Source: the human T2T-CHM13v2.0 reference genome, Homo sapiens. From it: a DNA stretch of 64,000 nt. The position numbers and the translations under genes are program-made. The stretch lies in the NCBI RefSeq assembly GCF_009914755.1, contig NC_060948.1, one strand, 5' to 3'. Positions 42,287-56,524 of this stretch are shown piece after piece (the stretch's first letter is position 1; each line of letters begins with the position of its first letter). Below the pieces are notes generated by a model. The model did not search any database and had not been told where the DNA came from. It worked only from the letters and a program-made list of their open reading frames with translations.

Positions 42287-45200
42287 GGCCTGGAATAAAG
42301 TGGAATGCTACGGTCTCGAATGGAATAAAAATGTATGGAATGGAATGCAATGAAACGGAATCGAATGTCATAGAATGTAATGGAATGCAAAAAAATGGAA
42401 TCCAAAATCATTGACTGGAAAGGCTGGGTGTCGAAAGGAATTGACTCCAATGGAATGGAATCGAATGGAATGGAAGTGAATAGAATCGAACTAAATCGAA
42501 TGGAATGGAATTGATAGGAACGGAATGGAAAGGAATGCAATGATTTGGCATGGAATGGAATCGAATGGCATCGAATGGAATGGAATGGAATGCAATGGAA
42601 TGGAATGTATTAGAATGTAATGAACTTTAATGGAATGTACTCGAATGGATTCGACTGGAATGGAATGTTCTGGAAGTGAATGGACTCCAATGGAATGGAT
42701 TCAAAAGGAATGGAATCGTACGGAATGGAATCTAATGGAATGGAATTAAATGGAAATGAATCAAATTGAATAGCACGGAATTGAATTGAATGGAATGGAA
42801 TGCAATGGAATCTAATGAAACGGAAAGGAAAGGAATGGAATGGAATGGAATGGACTGGAATGGAAAGGAATCGAAACGAATGGAATGGAATCGAACTGAA
42901 GAGACTGGAATGGAATGCACTGGAATGGAAGGGAGTGTAATGGAAGGTTCTCGAAAAAAATGGAATCGAATGGAATGGAATTGAATGGAACGGAATAGAG
43001 TCGAATGGAATTGAATGGAATGGAATGGACTAGAGTGAAATGGAATCGAACCACAAGGAATGGACATGAATAGAATGGTCTCGAATTGAATGGAATCGTA
43101 TGGAATGGCATCAAACGGAATGGAATGGACAGCCACGGAATGGAATGCACTCGAATGCAATGGAGTCGAAACTAATGGACTGGAATAGAATGGACTCGAC
43201 TGGTACGGACTCCAATGGAATGGAATCGAATGGAAGGGAATCGAACGGAATGGACTCGAAGGGAAAAGACTGCAATGGAAAGGTCTCGAATGGAATGGAA
43301 ATTAATGGAATGGAATGGAATCGAATGAAATGGAGTCAAAAGGAATGGAATCGAATGGCAAGAAATCGAATGTAATGGAATCACAAGGAATTGATGTGAA
43401 CGGAACGGAATGGAATGGAATCCAAAGGAATGGAATAGAATGGAATGGAATCGAATGGAAAGGACTCGAATGGAAATCACTCGAATAGAATGCAATTTAA
43501 TAAAATAGGATCAAATGTAATGGAATGGAATGAAAAGGAATCGAAACGAAAGGAATGGAGACAGATGGAATGGAATGGAACAGAGAGCAATGGTATAGAA
43601 TGGAATGGAATCATCTGGAATGGAATTGAATGGAATGGAATAATATGAAATGGAATGGAATGGAATGGAATGGAATGCCCTTGAATTAAATGGACTGGAA
43701 TGGAATGGACTCGAACAGAGTGGAATGGAAAGTGTTGAGATAGAATGGAATGGACTCCTTTGGAATGGTGTAGTATGCAATGCAATCGACTGGCAGGGAA
43801 TCAAAAGGAATGTAATCGAATGGATTGGACTGGAATGCAATGGACTCGAATAGATTGGAAACGGAATGCAAAGGAATGGAATGGAATAGTATGGAATGGA
43901 ATGGAAAGGAATGGAGTGGAATAGACTAGAGTGGAATGGAATGGACTGGAAAGCAATGGACTGGAATGGAACTTTCTTGAATGGACTAGAATCAAACGGA
44001 ATGGAATGCAATGCAATCAAATGGCATGGAATAAAATAGAATGAAAGAGAATCAAATGGAATTGAATCGAATGGAATCGAATGGATTGGAAAGGAATAGA
44101 ATGGAATGGAATGGAATTGACTCAAATGGAATGGACTAGAATGGAATGGATTCGAATGGAAGGCAAAGGAATGGAATCTATTGGAATGGACTGTAATGGA
44201 ATGGAATGGAAGGGATTGGAATGGACTCGAATAGAATGGACTGCAATAGAAAGGATTCGAATGGAATGAAAAAGAATTGAATGGAATAGAACAGAATGGA
44301 ATCAAATCGAATGAAATGGAATGGAATAGAAAGGAATGGAATGAAATGGAATGGAAAGGATTCGAATGGAATGCAATCGAATGGAATGGAATCGAACGGA
44401 ATGGAATAAAATGGAAGAAAACTGGCAAGAAATGGAATCGAAATGAATGGAGAGTTATGGAACGGACTCAAAAGGAATTGAATGTAATAGAATGGAGTGG
44501 AGTGGACTCGAATATAATGGACTGGAATGGAATGAAATCACATGGAATGGGAACGAATGGAATGGAATGGAAAGGAATGGAATCGAATGGAAAGGAATCG
44601 AATGGAAGGGAATGAAATTGAATCAACAGGAATGGAAGGGAATAGAATAGACGGTAATGGAATGGACTCGAATAGAATGGACACGAATGCTCAAATTGAA
44701 TGGACTCGAATGGAATGGAAACGAAAGAATGTCATCGAATGGAATTGAATCGATTGGAATGAAATCGCACAGAATGGAGTGGAATCAAATGGAATTGAAT
44801 CGAAAGGAAAGGAAGCGAATGGACTGAAATGAAATGGAATGGAATTGAATGGAAAGTAATGCAATGGAATAGAATGGAACGAAATTTCACGGAATGGAAT
44901 CAAACTGAATGGAATCAAATCAATGGAATCAAATCAAATGGAATGGAAAGGAATTGAATGGAGTAGATTGGATTGGATGGGATTGGAATGAAATGTACTG
45001 GAAAGGACTCGAATTTCATGAAACGGAATGGAATGAATTGGAACGGAATGGACTCGAATGGAATGGAATGTCATGGAATGGCATCAAATGGAATGGTATC
45101 AAATGGAATGGAATCGAATGCAATGGAATGCTATGGAATGGAATGGAATGCATTGGAATGGAATGTCCTCTAATGGAATGGATTCGAGTGGAATGGAATC

Positions 45201-45844
45201 GAATATAATGGAGTCGAATGAAATGGAATTGAAAGGAATGGGATCGAATACAATGGAATATACTGGAATGTAATGTAATGAACTCGAATGTACTTGACTG
45301 GAATGGAATGTACATGAATGGAATGTAATCGAATGGAAAGTAATCCAATGGAATAGAATCTAATGCAATAAAATCGACTCAGATAGAGTAGAATGTAATG
45401 GAATGGAGTGCAGTGCAATGGAATGGAATGGAATGGAATGCAATGGAATGGAATGGAATGGAATGGAATGGAATGGGATGGGATGGAATGGTATGGAATG
45501 GATAGTAATGGACTGGAGTGAAATGGACTGGAAAGGAATGGACTCAAATTGAAAGGGCTCGAAAGGAATGGAGTCAAATGGAATGGTCTGGAATGGAATG
45601 AACACGAATGTAATGCAATCCAATAGAATGGAATCGAATGGCATGGAATATAAAGAAATGGAATCGGAGAGAATGGAAACAAATGGAATGGAATTGAATG
45701 GAATGGAATTGAATGGAATGGGAACGAATGGAGTGAAATTGTATGCAGTAGAAGGGAATAGAATGGAATGCAAGCGAAAGGAAAGGAATGGATTGGAATG
45801 GAATGGAATTCATTGGAATGGAAGGGAATGCAGTGTAATGGACA
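42287..45844 (+). repeat. DYZ1 monomer 13 (3558 bp)
   Basis: GGCC at 42287 and 45845. Confidence 0.92.
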
Positions 45845-48800
45845 GGCCTGGAATAAAGTGGAATGCTACGGTCTCGAATGGAATAAAAATGTATGGAATG
45901 GAATGCAATGAAATGGAATCGAATGTCATAGAATGTAATGGAATGCAAAAAATGGAATCCAAAATCATTGACTGGAAAGGCTGGGTGTCGAAAGGAATTG
46001 ACTCCAATGGAATGGAATCGAATGGAATGGAAGTGAATAGAATCGAACTAAATCGAATGGAATGGAATTGATAGGAACGGAATGGAAAGGAATGCAATGA
46101 TTTGGCATGGAATGGAATCGAATGGCATCGAATGGAATGGAATGGAATGCAATGGAATGGAATGTATTAGAATGTAATGAACTTTAATGGAATGTACTCG
46201 AATGGATTCGACTGGAATGGAATGTTCTGGAAGTGAATGGACTCCAATGGAATGGATTCCAAAGGAATGGAATCGTACGGAATGGAATCTAATGGAATGG
46301 AATTAAATGGAAATGAATCAAATTGAATAGCACGGAATTGAATTGAATGGAATGGAATGCAATGGAATCTAATGAAACGGAAAGGAAAGGAATGGAATGG
46401 AATGGAATGGGCTGGAATGGAAAGGAATCGAAACGAATGGAATGGAATCGAACTGAAGAGACTGGAATGGAATGCACTGGAATGGAAGGGAGTGTAATGG
46501 AAGGTTCTCGAAAAAAATGGAATCGAATGGAATGGAATTGAATGGAACGGAATAGAGTCGAATGGAATTGAATGGAATGGAATGGACTAGAGTGAAATGG
46601 AATCGAACCACAAGGAATGGACAGGAATAGAATGGTCTCGAATTGAATGGAATCGTATGGAATGGCATCAAACGGAATGGAATGGACAGCCACGGAATGG
46701 AATGCAATCGAATGCAATGGAGTCGAAACTAATGGACTGGAATAGAATGGACTCGACTGGTACGGACTCCAATGGAATGGAATCGAATGGAAGGGAATCG
46801 AACGGAATGGACTCGAAGGGAAAAGACTGCAATGGAAAGGTCTCGAATGGAATGGAAATTAATGGAATGGAATGGAATCGAATGAAATGGAGTCAAAAGG
46901 AATGGAATCGAATGGCAAGAAATCGAATGTAATGGAATCGCAAGGAATTGATGTGAACGGAACGGAATGGAATGGAATCCAAAGGAATGGAATAGAATGG
47001 AATGGAATCGAATGGAAAGGACTGGAATGGAAATCACTCGAATAGAATGCAATTTAATAAAATAGGATCAAATGTAATGGAATAGAATGGAAAGGAATCG
47101 AAACGAAAGGAATGGAGACAGATGGAATGGAATAGAACAGAGAGCAATGGTATAGAATGGAATGGAATCATCTGGAATGGAATTGAATGGAATGGAATAA
47201 TATGAAATGGAATGGAATAGAATGGAATGGAATGTCCTTGAATTAAATGGACTGGAATGGAATGGACTCGAACAGAGTGGAATGGAAAGTGTTGAGATAG
47301 AATGGAATGGACTCCTTTGGAATGGTGTAGTATGCAATGCAATCGACTGGCAGGGAATCAAAAGGAATGTAATCGAATGGATTGGACTGGAATGCAATGG
47401 ACTCGAATAGATTGCAAACGGAATGCAAAGGAATGGAATGGAATAGTATGGAATGGAATGGAAAGGAATGGAGTGGAATAGACTAGAGTGGAATGGAATG
47501 GACTGGAAAGCAATGGACTGGAATGGAACTTTCTTGAATGGACTGGAATCAAACGGAATGGAATGCAATGCAATCAAATGGCATGGAATAAAATAGAATG
47601 AAAGAGAATCAAATGGAATTGAATCGAATGGAATCGAATGGATTGGAAAGGAATAGAATGGAATGGAATGGAATTGACTCAAATGGAATGGACTAGAATG
47701 GAATGGATTCGAATGGAAGGCAAAGAATGGAATCTATTGGAATGGACTGTAATGGAATGGAATGGAAGGGATTGGAATGGACTCGAATGGAATGGACTGC
47801 AATAGAAAGGATTCGAATGGAATGAAAAAGAATTGAATGGAATAGAACAGAATGGAATCAAATCGAATGAAATGGAATGGAATAGAAAGGAATGGAATGA
47901 AATGGAATGGAAAGGATTCGAATGGAATGCAATCGAATGGAATGGAATCGAACGGAATGGAATAAAATGGAAGAAAACTGGCAAGAAATGGAGTCGAAAT
48001 GAATGGAGTGTTATGGAACGGACTCAAAAGGAATTGAATGTAATAGAATGGAGTGGAGTGGACTCGAATATAATGGACTGGAATGGAATGAAATCACATG
48101 GAATGGGAACGAATGGAATGGAATGGAAAGGAATGGAATCGAATGGAAAGGAATCCAATGGAAGGGAATGAAATTGAATCAACAGGAATGGAAGGGAATA
48201 GAATAGACGGTAATGGAATGGACTCGAATAGAATGGACACGAATGCTCAAATTGAATGGACTCGAATGGAATGGAAACGAAAGGAATGTCATCGAATGGA
48301 ATTGAATCGATTGGAATGAAATCGCACAGAATGGAGTGGAATCAAATGGAATTGAATCGAAAGGAAAGGAAGCGAATGGACTGAAATGAAATGGAATGGA
48401 ATTGAATGGAAAGTAATGCAATGGAATAGAATGGAACGAAATTTCACGGAATGGAATCAAACTGAATGGAATCAAATCAATGGAATCAAATCAAATGGAA
48501 TGGAAAGGAATTGAATGGAGTAGATTGGATTGGATGGGATTGGAATGAAATGTACTGAAAAGGACTCGAATTTCATGAAACGGAATGGAATGAATTGGAA
48601 CGGAATGGACTCGAATGGAATGGAATGTCATGGAATGGCATCAAATGGAATGGCATCAAATGGAATGGAATCGAATGCAATGGAATGCTATGGAATGGAA
48701 TGGAATGCATTGGAATGGAATGTCCTCTAATGGAATGGATTCGAGTGGAATGGAATCGAATATAATGGAGTCGAATGAAATGGAATTGAAAGGAATGGGA

Positions 48801-49406
48801 TCGAATACAATGGAATATACTGGAATGTAATGTAATGAACTCGAATGTAATTGACTGGAATGGAATGTACATGAATGGAATGTAATCGAATGGAAAGTAA
48901 TCCAATGGAATAGAATCTAATGCAATAAAATCGACTCAGATAGAGTAGAATGTAATGGAATGGAGTGCAGTGCAATGGAATGGAATGGAATGGAATGCAA
49001 TTGAATGGAATGGAATGGAATGGAATGGAATGGAATGGAATGGGATGGAATGGTATGGAATGGATAGTAATGGACTGGAGTGAAATGGACTGGAAAGGAA
49101 TGGACTCAAATTGAAAGGGCTCGAAAGGAATGGAGTCAAATGGAATGGTCTGGAATGGAATGAACACGAATGTAATGCAATCCAATAGAATGGAATCGAA
49201 TGGCATGGAATATAAAGAAATGGAATCGGAGAGAATGGAAACAAATGGAATGGAATTGAATGGAATGGAATTGAATGGAATGGGAACGAATGGAGTGAAA
49301 TTGTATGCAGTAGAAGGGAATAGAATGGAATGCAAGCGAAAGGAAAGGAATGGATTGGAATGGAATGGAATTCATTGGAATGGAAGGGAATGTAGTGTAA
49401 TGGACA
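45845..49406 (+). repeat. DYZ1 monomer 14 (3562 bp)
   Basis: GGCC at 45845 and 49407. Confidence 0.92.
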
Positions 49407-52400
49407 GGCCTGGAATAAAGTGGAATGCTACGGTCTCGAATGGAATAAAAATGTATGGAATGGAATGCAATGAAATGGAATCGAATGTCATAGAATGTAA
49501 TGGAATGCAACAAAATGGAATCCAATATCATTGACTGGAAAGGCTGGGTGTCGAAAGGAATTGACTCCAATGGAATGGAATCGAATGGAATGGAAGTGAA
49601 TAGAATCGAACTAAATCGAATGGAATGGAATTGATAGGAACGGAATGGAAAGGAATGCAATGATTTGGCATGGAATGGAATCGAATGGCATCGAATGGAA
49701 TGGAATGGAATGCAATGGAATGGAATGTATTAGAATGTAATGAACTTTAATGGAATGTACTCGAATGGATTCGACTGGAATGGAATGTTCTGGAAGTGAA
49801 TGGACTCCAATGGAATGGATTCCAAAGGAATGGAATCGTACGGAATGGAATCTAATGGAATGGAATTAAATGGAAATGAATCAAATTGAATAGCACGGAA
49901 TTGAATTGAATGGAATGGAATGCAATGGAATCTAATGAAACGGAAAGGAAAGGAATGGAATGGAATGGAATGGGCTGGAATGGAAAGGAATCGAAACGAA
50001 TGGAATGGAATCGAACTGAAGAGACTGGAATGGAATGCACTGGAATGGAAGGGAGTGTAATGGAAGGTTCTCGAAAAAAATGGAATTGAATGGAATGGAA
50101 TTGAATGGAACGGAATAGAGACGAATGGAATTGAATGGAATGGAATGGACTAGAGTGATATGGAATCGAACCACAAGGAATGGAGAGGAATAGAATGGTC
50201 TCGAATTGAATGGAATCGTATGGAGTGGCATCAAACGGAATGGAATGGACAGCCACGGAATGGAATGCACTCGAATGCAATGGAGTCGAAACTAATGGAC
50301 TGGAATAGAATGGACTCGACTGGTACGGACTCCAATGGAATGGAATGGAATGGAAGGGAATCGAACGGAATGGACTCGAAGGGAAAAGACTGCAATGGAA
50401 AGGTCTCGAATGGAATGGAAATTAATGGAATGGAATGGAATCGAATGAAATGGAGTCAAAAGGAATGGAATCGAATGGCAACAAATCGAATGTAATGGAA
50501 TCGCAAGGAATTGATGTGAAAGGAACGGAATGGAATGGAATCCAAAGGAATGGAATAGAATGGAATGGAATCGAATGGAAAGGACTCGAATGGAAATCAC
50601 TCGAATAGAATGCAATTTAATAAAATAGGATCAAATGTAATGGAATGGAATGGAAAGGAATCGAAACGAAAGGAATGGAGACAGATGGAATGGAATGGAA
50701 CAGAGAGCAATGGTATAGAATGGAATGGAATCATCTGGAATGGAATTGAATGGAATGGAATAATATGAAATGGAATGGAATGGAATGGAATGGAATGCCC
50801 TTGAATTAAATGGACTGGAATGGAATGGACTCGAACAGAGTGGAATGGAAAGTGTTGAGATAGAATGGAATGGACTCCTTTGGAATGGTGTAGTATGCAA
50901 TGCAATCGACTGGCAGGGAATCAAAAGGAATGTAATGGAATGGACTGGACTGGAATGCAATGGACTCGAATAGATTGGAAACGGAATGCAAAGAAATGGA
51001 ATGGAATAGTATGGAATGGAATGGAAAGGAGTGGAGTGGAATAGACTAGAGTGGAATGGAATGGACTGGAAAACAATGGACTGGAATGGAACTTTCTTGA
51101 ATGGACTGGAATCAAACGGAATGGAATGCAATGCAATCAAATGGCATGGAATAAAATAGAATGAAAGAGAATCAAATGGAATTGAATCGAATGGAATCGA
51201 ATGGATTGGAAAGGAATAGAATGGAATGGAATGGAATTGACTCAAATGGAATGGACTAGAATGGAATGGATTCGAATGGAAGGCAAAGGAATGGAATCTA
51301 TTGGAATGGACTGTAATGGAATGGAATGGAAGGGATTGGAATGGACTCGAATGGAATGGACTGCAATAGAAAGGATTCGAATGGAATGAAAAAGAATTGA
51401 ATGGAATAGAACAGAATGGAATCAAATCGAATGAAATGGAATGGAATAGAAAGGAATGGAATGAAATGGAATGGAAAGGATTCGAATGGAATGTAATCGA
51501 ATGGAATGGAATCGAACGGAATGGAATAAAATGGAAGAAAACTGGCAAGAAATGGAATCGAAATGAATGGAGTGTTATGGAACGGACTCAAAAGGAATTG
51601 AATGTAATAGAATGGAGTGGAGTGGACTCGAATATAATGGACTGGAATGGAATGAAATCACATGGAATGGGAACGAATGGAATGGAATGGAAAGGAATGG
51701 AATCGAATGGAAAGGAATCGAATGGAAGGGAATGAAATTGAATCAACAGGAATGGAAGGGAATAGAATAGACGGTAATGGAATGGACTCGAATAGAATGG
51801 ACACGAATGCTCAAATTAAATGGACTCGAATGGAATGGAAACGAAAGGAATGTCATCGAATGGAATTGAATCGATTGGAATGAAATCGCATAGAATGGAG
51901 TGGAATCAAATGGAATTGAATCGAAAGGAAAGGAAGCGAATGGACTGAAATGAAATGGAATGGAATTGAATGGAAAGTAATGCAATGGAATAGAATGGAA
52001 CGAAATTTCACGGAATGGAATCAAACTGAATGGAATCAAATCAATGGAATCAAATCAAATGGAATGGAAAGGAATTGAATGGAGTATATTGGATTGGATG
52101 GGATTGGAATGAAATGTACTGGAAAGGACTCGAATTTCATGAAACGGAATGGAATGAATTGGAACGGAATGGACTCGAATGGAATGGAATGTCATGGAAT
52201 GGCATCAAATGGAATGGCATCAAATGGAATGGAATCGAATGCAATGGAATGCTATGGAATGGAATGGAATGCATTGGAATGGAATGTCCTCTAATGGAAT
52301 GGATTCGAGTGGAATGGAATCGAATATAATGGAGTCGAATGAAATGGAATTGAAAGGAATGGGATCGAATAGAATGGAATATACTGGAATGTAATGTAAT

Positions 52401-52975
52401 GAACTCGAATGTAATTGACTGGAATGGAATGTACATGAATGGAATGTAATCGAATGGAAAGTAATCCAATGGAATAGAATCTAATGCAATAAAACCGACT
52501 GAGATAGAGTAGAATGTAATGGAATGGAGTGCAGTGCAATGGAAGGGAATGGAATTGAATGCAATGGAATGGAATGGAATGGAATGGAATGGAATGGAAT
52601 GGAATGGAATGGGATGGAATGGTATGGAATGGATAGTAATGGACTGCAGTGAAATGGACTGGAAAGGAATGGACTCAAATTGAAAGGGCTCGAAAGGAAT
52701 GGAGTCAAATGGAATGGTCTGGAATGGAATGAACACGAATGTAATGCAATCCAATAGAATGGAATCGAATGGCATGGAATATAAAGAAATGGAATCGAAG
52801 AGAATGGAAACAAATGGAATGGAATTGAATGGAATGGAATTGAATGGAATGGGAACGAATGGAGTGAAATTGTATGCAGTAGAAGGGAATAGAATGGAAT
52901 GCAAGCGAAAGGAAAGGAATGGATTGGAATGGAATGGAATTCATTGGAATGGAAGGGAATGTAGTGTAATGGACA
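49407..52975 (+). repeat. DYZ1 monomer 15 (3569 bp)
   Basis: GGCC at 49407 and 52976. Confidence 0.92.
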
Positions 52976-55900
52976 GGCCTGGAATAAAGTGGAATGCTAC
53001 GGTCTCGAATGGAATAAAAATTTATGGAATGGAATGCAATGAAACGGAATCGAATGTCATAGAATGTAATGGAATGCAAAAAAATGGAATCCAAAATCAT
53101 TGACTGGAAAGGCTGGGTGTCGAAAGGAATTGACTCCAATGGAATGGAATCGAATGGAATGGAAGTGAATAGAATCGAACTAAATCGAATGGAATGGAAT
53201 TGATAGGAACGGAATGGAAAGGAATGCAATGATTTGGCATGGAATGGAATCGAATGGCATCGAATGGAATGGAATGGAATGCAATGGAATGGAATGTATT
53301 AGAATGTAATGAACTTTAATGGAATGTACTCGAATGGATTCGACTGGAATGGAATGTTCTGGAAGTGAATGGACTCCAATGGAATGGATTCAAAAGGAAT
53401 GGAATCGTACGGAATGGAATCTAATGGAATGGAATTAAATGGAAATGAATCAAATTGAATAGCACGGAATTGAATTGAATGGAATGGAATGCAATGGAAT
53501 CTAATGAAACGGAAAGGAAAGGAATGGAATGGAATGGAATGGACTGGAATGGAAAGGAATCGAAACGAATGGAATGGAATCGAACTGAAGAGACTGGAAT
53601 GGAATGCACTGGAATGGAAGGGAGTGTAATGGAAGGTTCTCGAAAAAAATGGAATCGAATGGAATGGAATTGAATGGAACGGAATAGAGTCGAATGGAAT
53701 TGAATGGAATGGAATGGACTAGAGTGAAATGGAATCGAACCACAAGGAATGGAGAGGAATAGAATGGTCTCGAATTGAATGGAATCGTATGGAATGGCAT
53801 CAAACGGAATGGAATGGACAGCCACGGAATGGAATGCACTCGAATGCAATGGAGTCGAAACTAATGGACTGGAATAGAATGGACTCGACTGGTACGGACT
53901 CCAATGGAATGGAATCGAATGGAAGGGAATCGAACGGAATGGACTCGAAGGGAAAAGACTGCAATGGAAAGGTCTCGAATGGAATGGAAATTAATGGAAT
54001 GGAATGGAATCGAATGAAATGGAGTCAAAAGGAATGGAATCGAATGGCAAGAAATCGAATGTAATGGAATCACAAGGAATTGATGTGAACGGAACGGAAT
54101 GGAATGGAATCCAAAGGAATGGAATAGAATGGAATGGAATCGAATGGAAAGGACTCGAATGGAAATCACTCGAATAGAATGCAATTTAATAAAATAGGAT
54201 CAAATGTAATGGAATGGAATGAAAAGGAATCGAAACGAAAGGAATGGAGACAGATGGAATGGAATGGAACAGAGAGCAATGGTATAGAATGGAATGGAAT
54301 CATCTGGAATGGAATTGAATGGAATGGAATAATATGAAATGGAATGGAATGGAATGGAATGGAATGCCCTTGAATTAAATGGACTGGAATGGAATGGACT
54401 CGAACAGAGTGGAATGGAAAGTGTTGAGATAGAATGGAATGGACTCCTTTGGAATGGTGTAGTATGCAATGCAATCGACTGGCAGGGAATCAAAAGGAAT
54501 GTAATCGAATGGATTGGACTGGAATGCAATGGACTCGAATAGATTGGAAACGGAATGCAAAGGAATGGAATGGAATAGTATGGAATGGAATGGAAAGGAA
54601 TGGAGTGGAATAGACTAGAGTGGAATGGAATGGACTGGAAAGCAATGGACTGGAATGGAACTTTCTTGAATGGACTGGAATCAAACGGAATGGAATGCAA
54701 TGCAATCAAATGGCATGGAATAAAATAGAATGAAAGAGAATCAAATGGAATTGAATCGAATGGAATCGAATGGATTGGAAAGGAATAGAATGGAATGGAA
54801 TGGAATTGACTCAAATGGAATGGACTAGAATGGAATGGATTCGAATGGAAGGCAAAGGAATGGAATCTATTGGAATGGACTGTAATGGAATGGAATGGAA
54901 GGGATTGGAATGGGCTCGAATGGAATGGACTGCAATAGAAAGGATTCGAATGGAATGAAAAAGAATTGAATGGAATAGAACAGAATGGAATCAAATCGAA
55001 TGAAATGGAATGGAATAGAAAGGAATGGAATGAAATGGAATGGAAAGGATTCGAATGGAATGCAATCGAATGGAATGGAATCGAACGGAATGGAATAAAA
55101 TGGAAGAAAACTGGCAAGAAATGGAATCGAAATGAATGGAGTGTTATGGAACGGACTCAAAAGGAATTGAATGTAATAGAATGGAGTGGAGTGGACTCGA
55201 ATATAATGGACTGGAATGGAATGAAATCACATGGAATGGGAACGAATGGAATGGAATGGAAAGGAATGGAATCGAATGGAAAGGAATCGAATGGAAGGGA
55301 ATGAAATTGAATCAACAGGAATGGAAGGGAATAGAATAGACGGTAATGGAATGGACTCGAATAGAATGGACATTAATGCTCAAATTGAATGGACTCGAAT
55401 GGAATGGAAACGAAATGAATGTCATCGAATGGAATTGAATCGATTGGAATGAAATCATATAGAATGGAGTGGAATCAAATGGAATTGAATCGAAAGGAAA
55501 GGAAACAAATGGACTGAAATGAAATGGAATGGAATTGAATGGAAAGTTATGTAATGGAATAGAATGGAACGAAATTTCACGGAATGGATTCAAACTGAAT
55601 GGAATCAAATCAATGGAATCAAATCAAATGGAATGGAAAGGAATTGAATGGAGTAGATTGGATTGGATGGGATTGGAATGAAATGTACTGGAAAGGACTC
55701 GAATTTCATGAAACGGAATGGAATGAATTGGAACGGAACGGACTCGAATGGAATGGAATGTCATGGAATGGCATCAAATGGAATGGCATCAAATGGAATG
55801 GAATCGAATGCAATGGAATGCTATGGAATGGAATGGAATGCATTGGAATGGAATGTCCTCTAATGGAATGGATTCGAGTGGAATGGAATCGAATATAATG

Positions 55901-56524
55901 GAGTCGAATGAAATGGAATTGAAAGGAATGGGATCGAATACAATGGAATATACTGGAATGTAATGTAATGAACTCGAATGTAATTGACTGGAATGGAATG
56001 TACATGAATAGAATGTAATCGAATGGAAAGTAATCCAATGGAATAGAATCTAATGCAATAAAATCGACTCAGATAGAGTAGAATGTAATGGAATGGAGTG
56101 CAGTGCAATGGAATGGAATGGAATGCAATGGAATGGAATGGAATGGAATGGAATGGAATGGAATGGAATGGTGTGGAATGGATAGTAATGGACTGGAGTG
56201 AAATGGACTGGAAAGGAATGGACTCAAATTGAAAGGGCTCGAAAGGAATGGAGTCAAATGGAATGGTCTGGAATGGAATGAACACGAATGTAATGCAATC
56301 CAATAGAATGGAATCGAATGGCATGGAATATAAAGAAATGGAATCGAAGAGAATGGAAACAAATGGAATGGAATTGAGTGGAATCGAATTGAATGGAATG
56401 GGAACGAATGGAGTGAAATTGTATGCAGTAGAAGAGAATAGAATGGAATGCAAGCGAAAGGAAAGGAATGGATTGGAATGGAATGGAATTCATTGGAATG
56501 GAAGGGAATGTAGTGTAATGGACA
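52976..56524 (+). repeat. DYZ1 monomer 16 (3549 bp)
   Basis: GGCC at 52976 and 56525. Confidence 0.92.
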
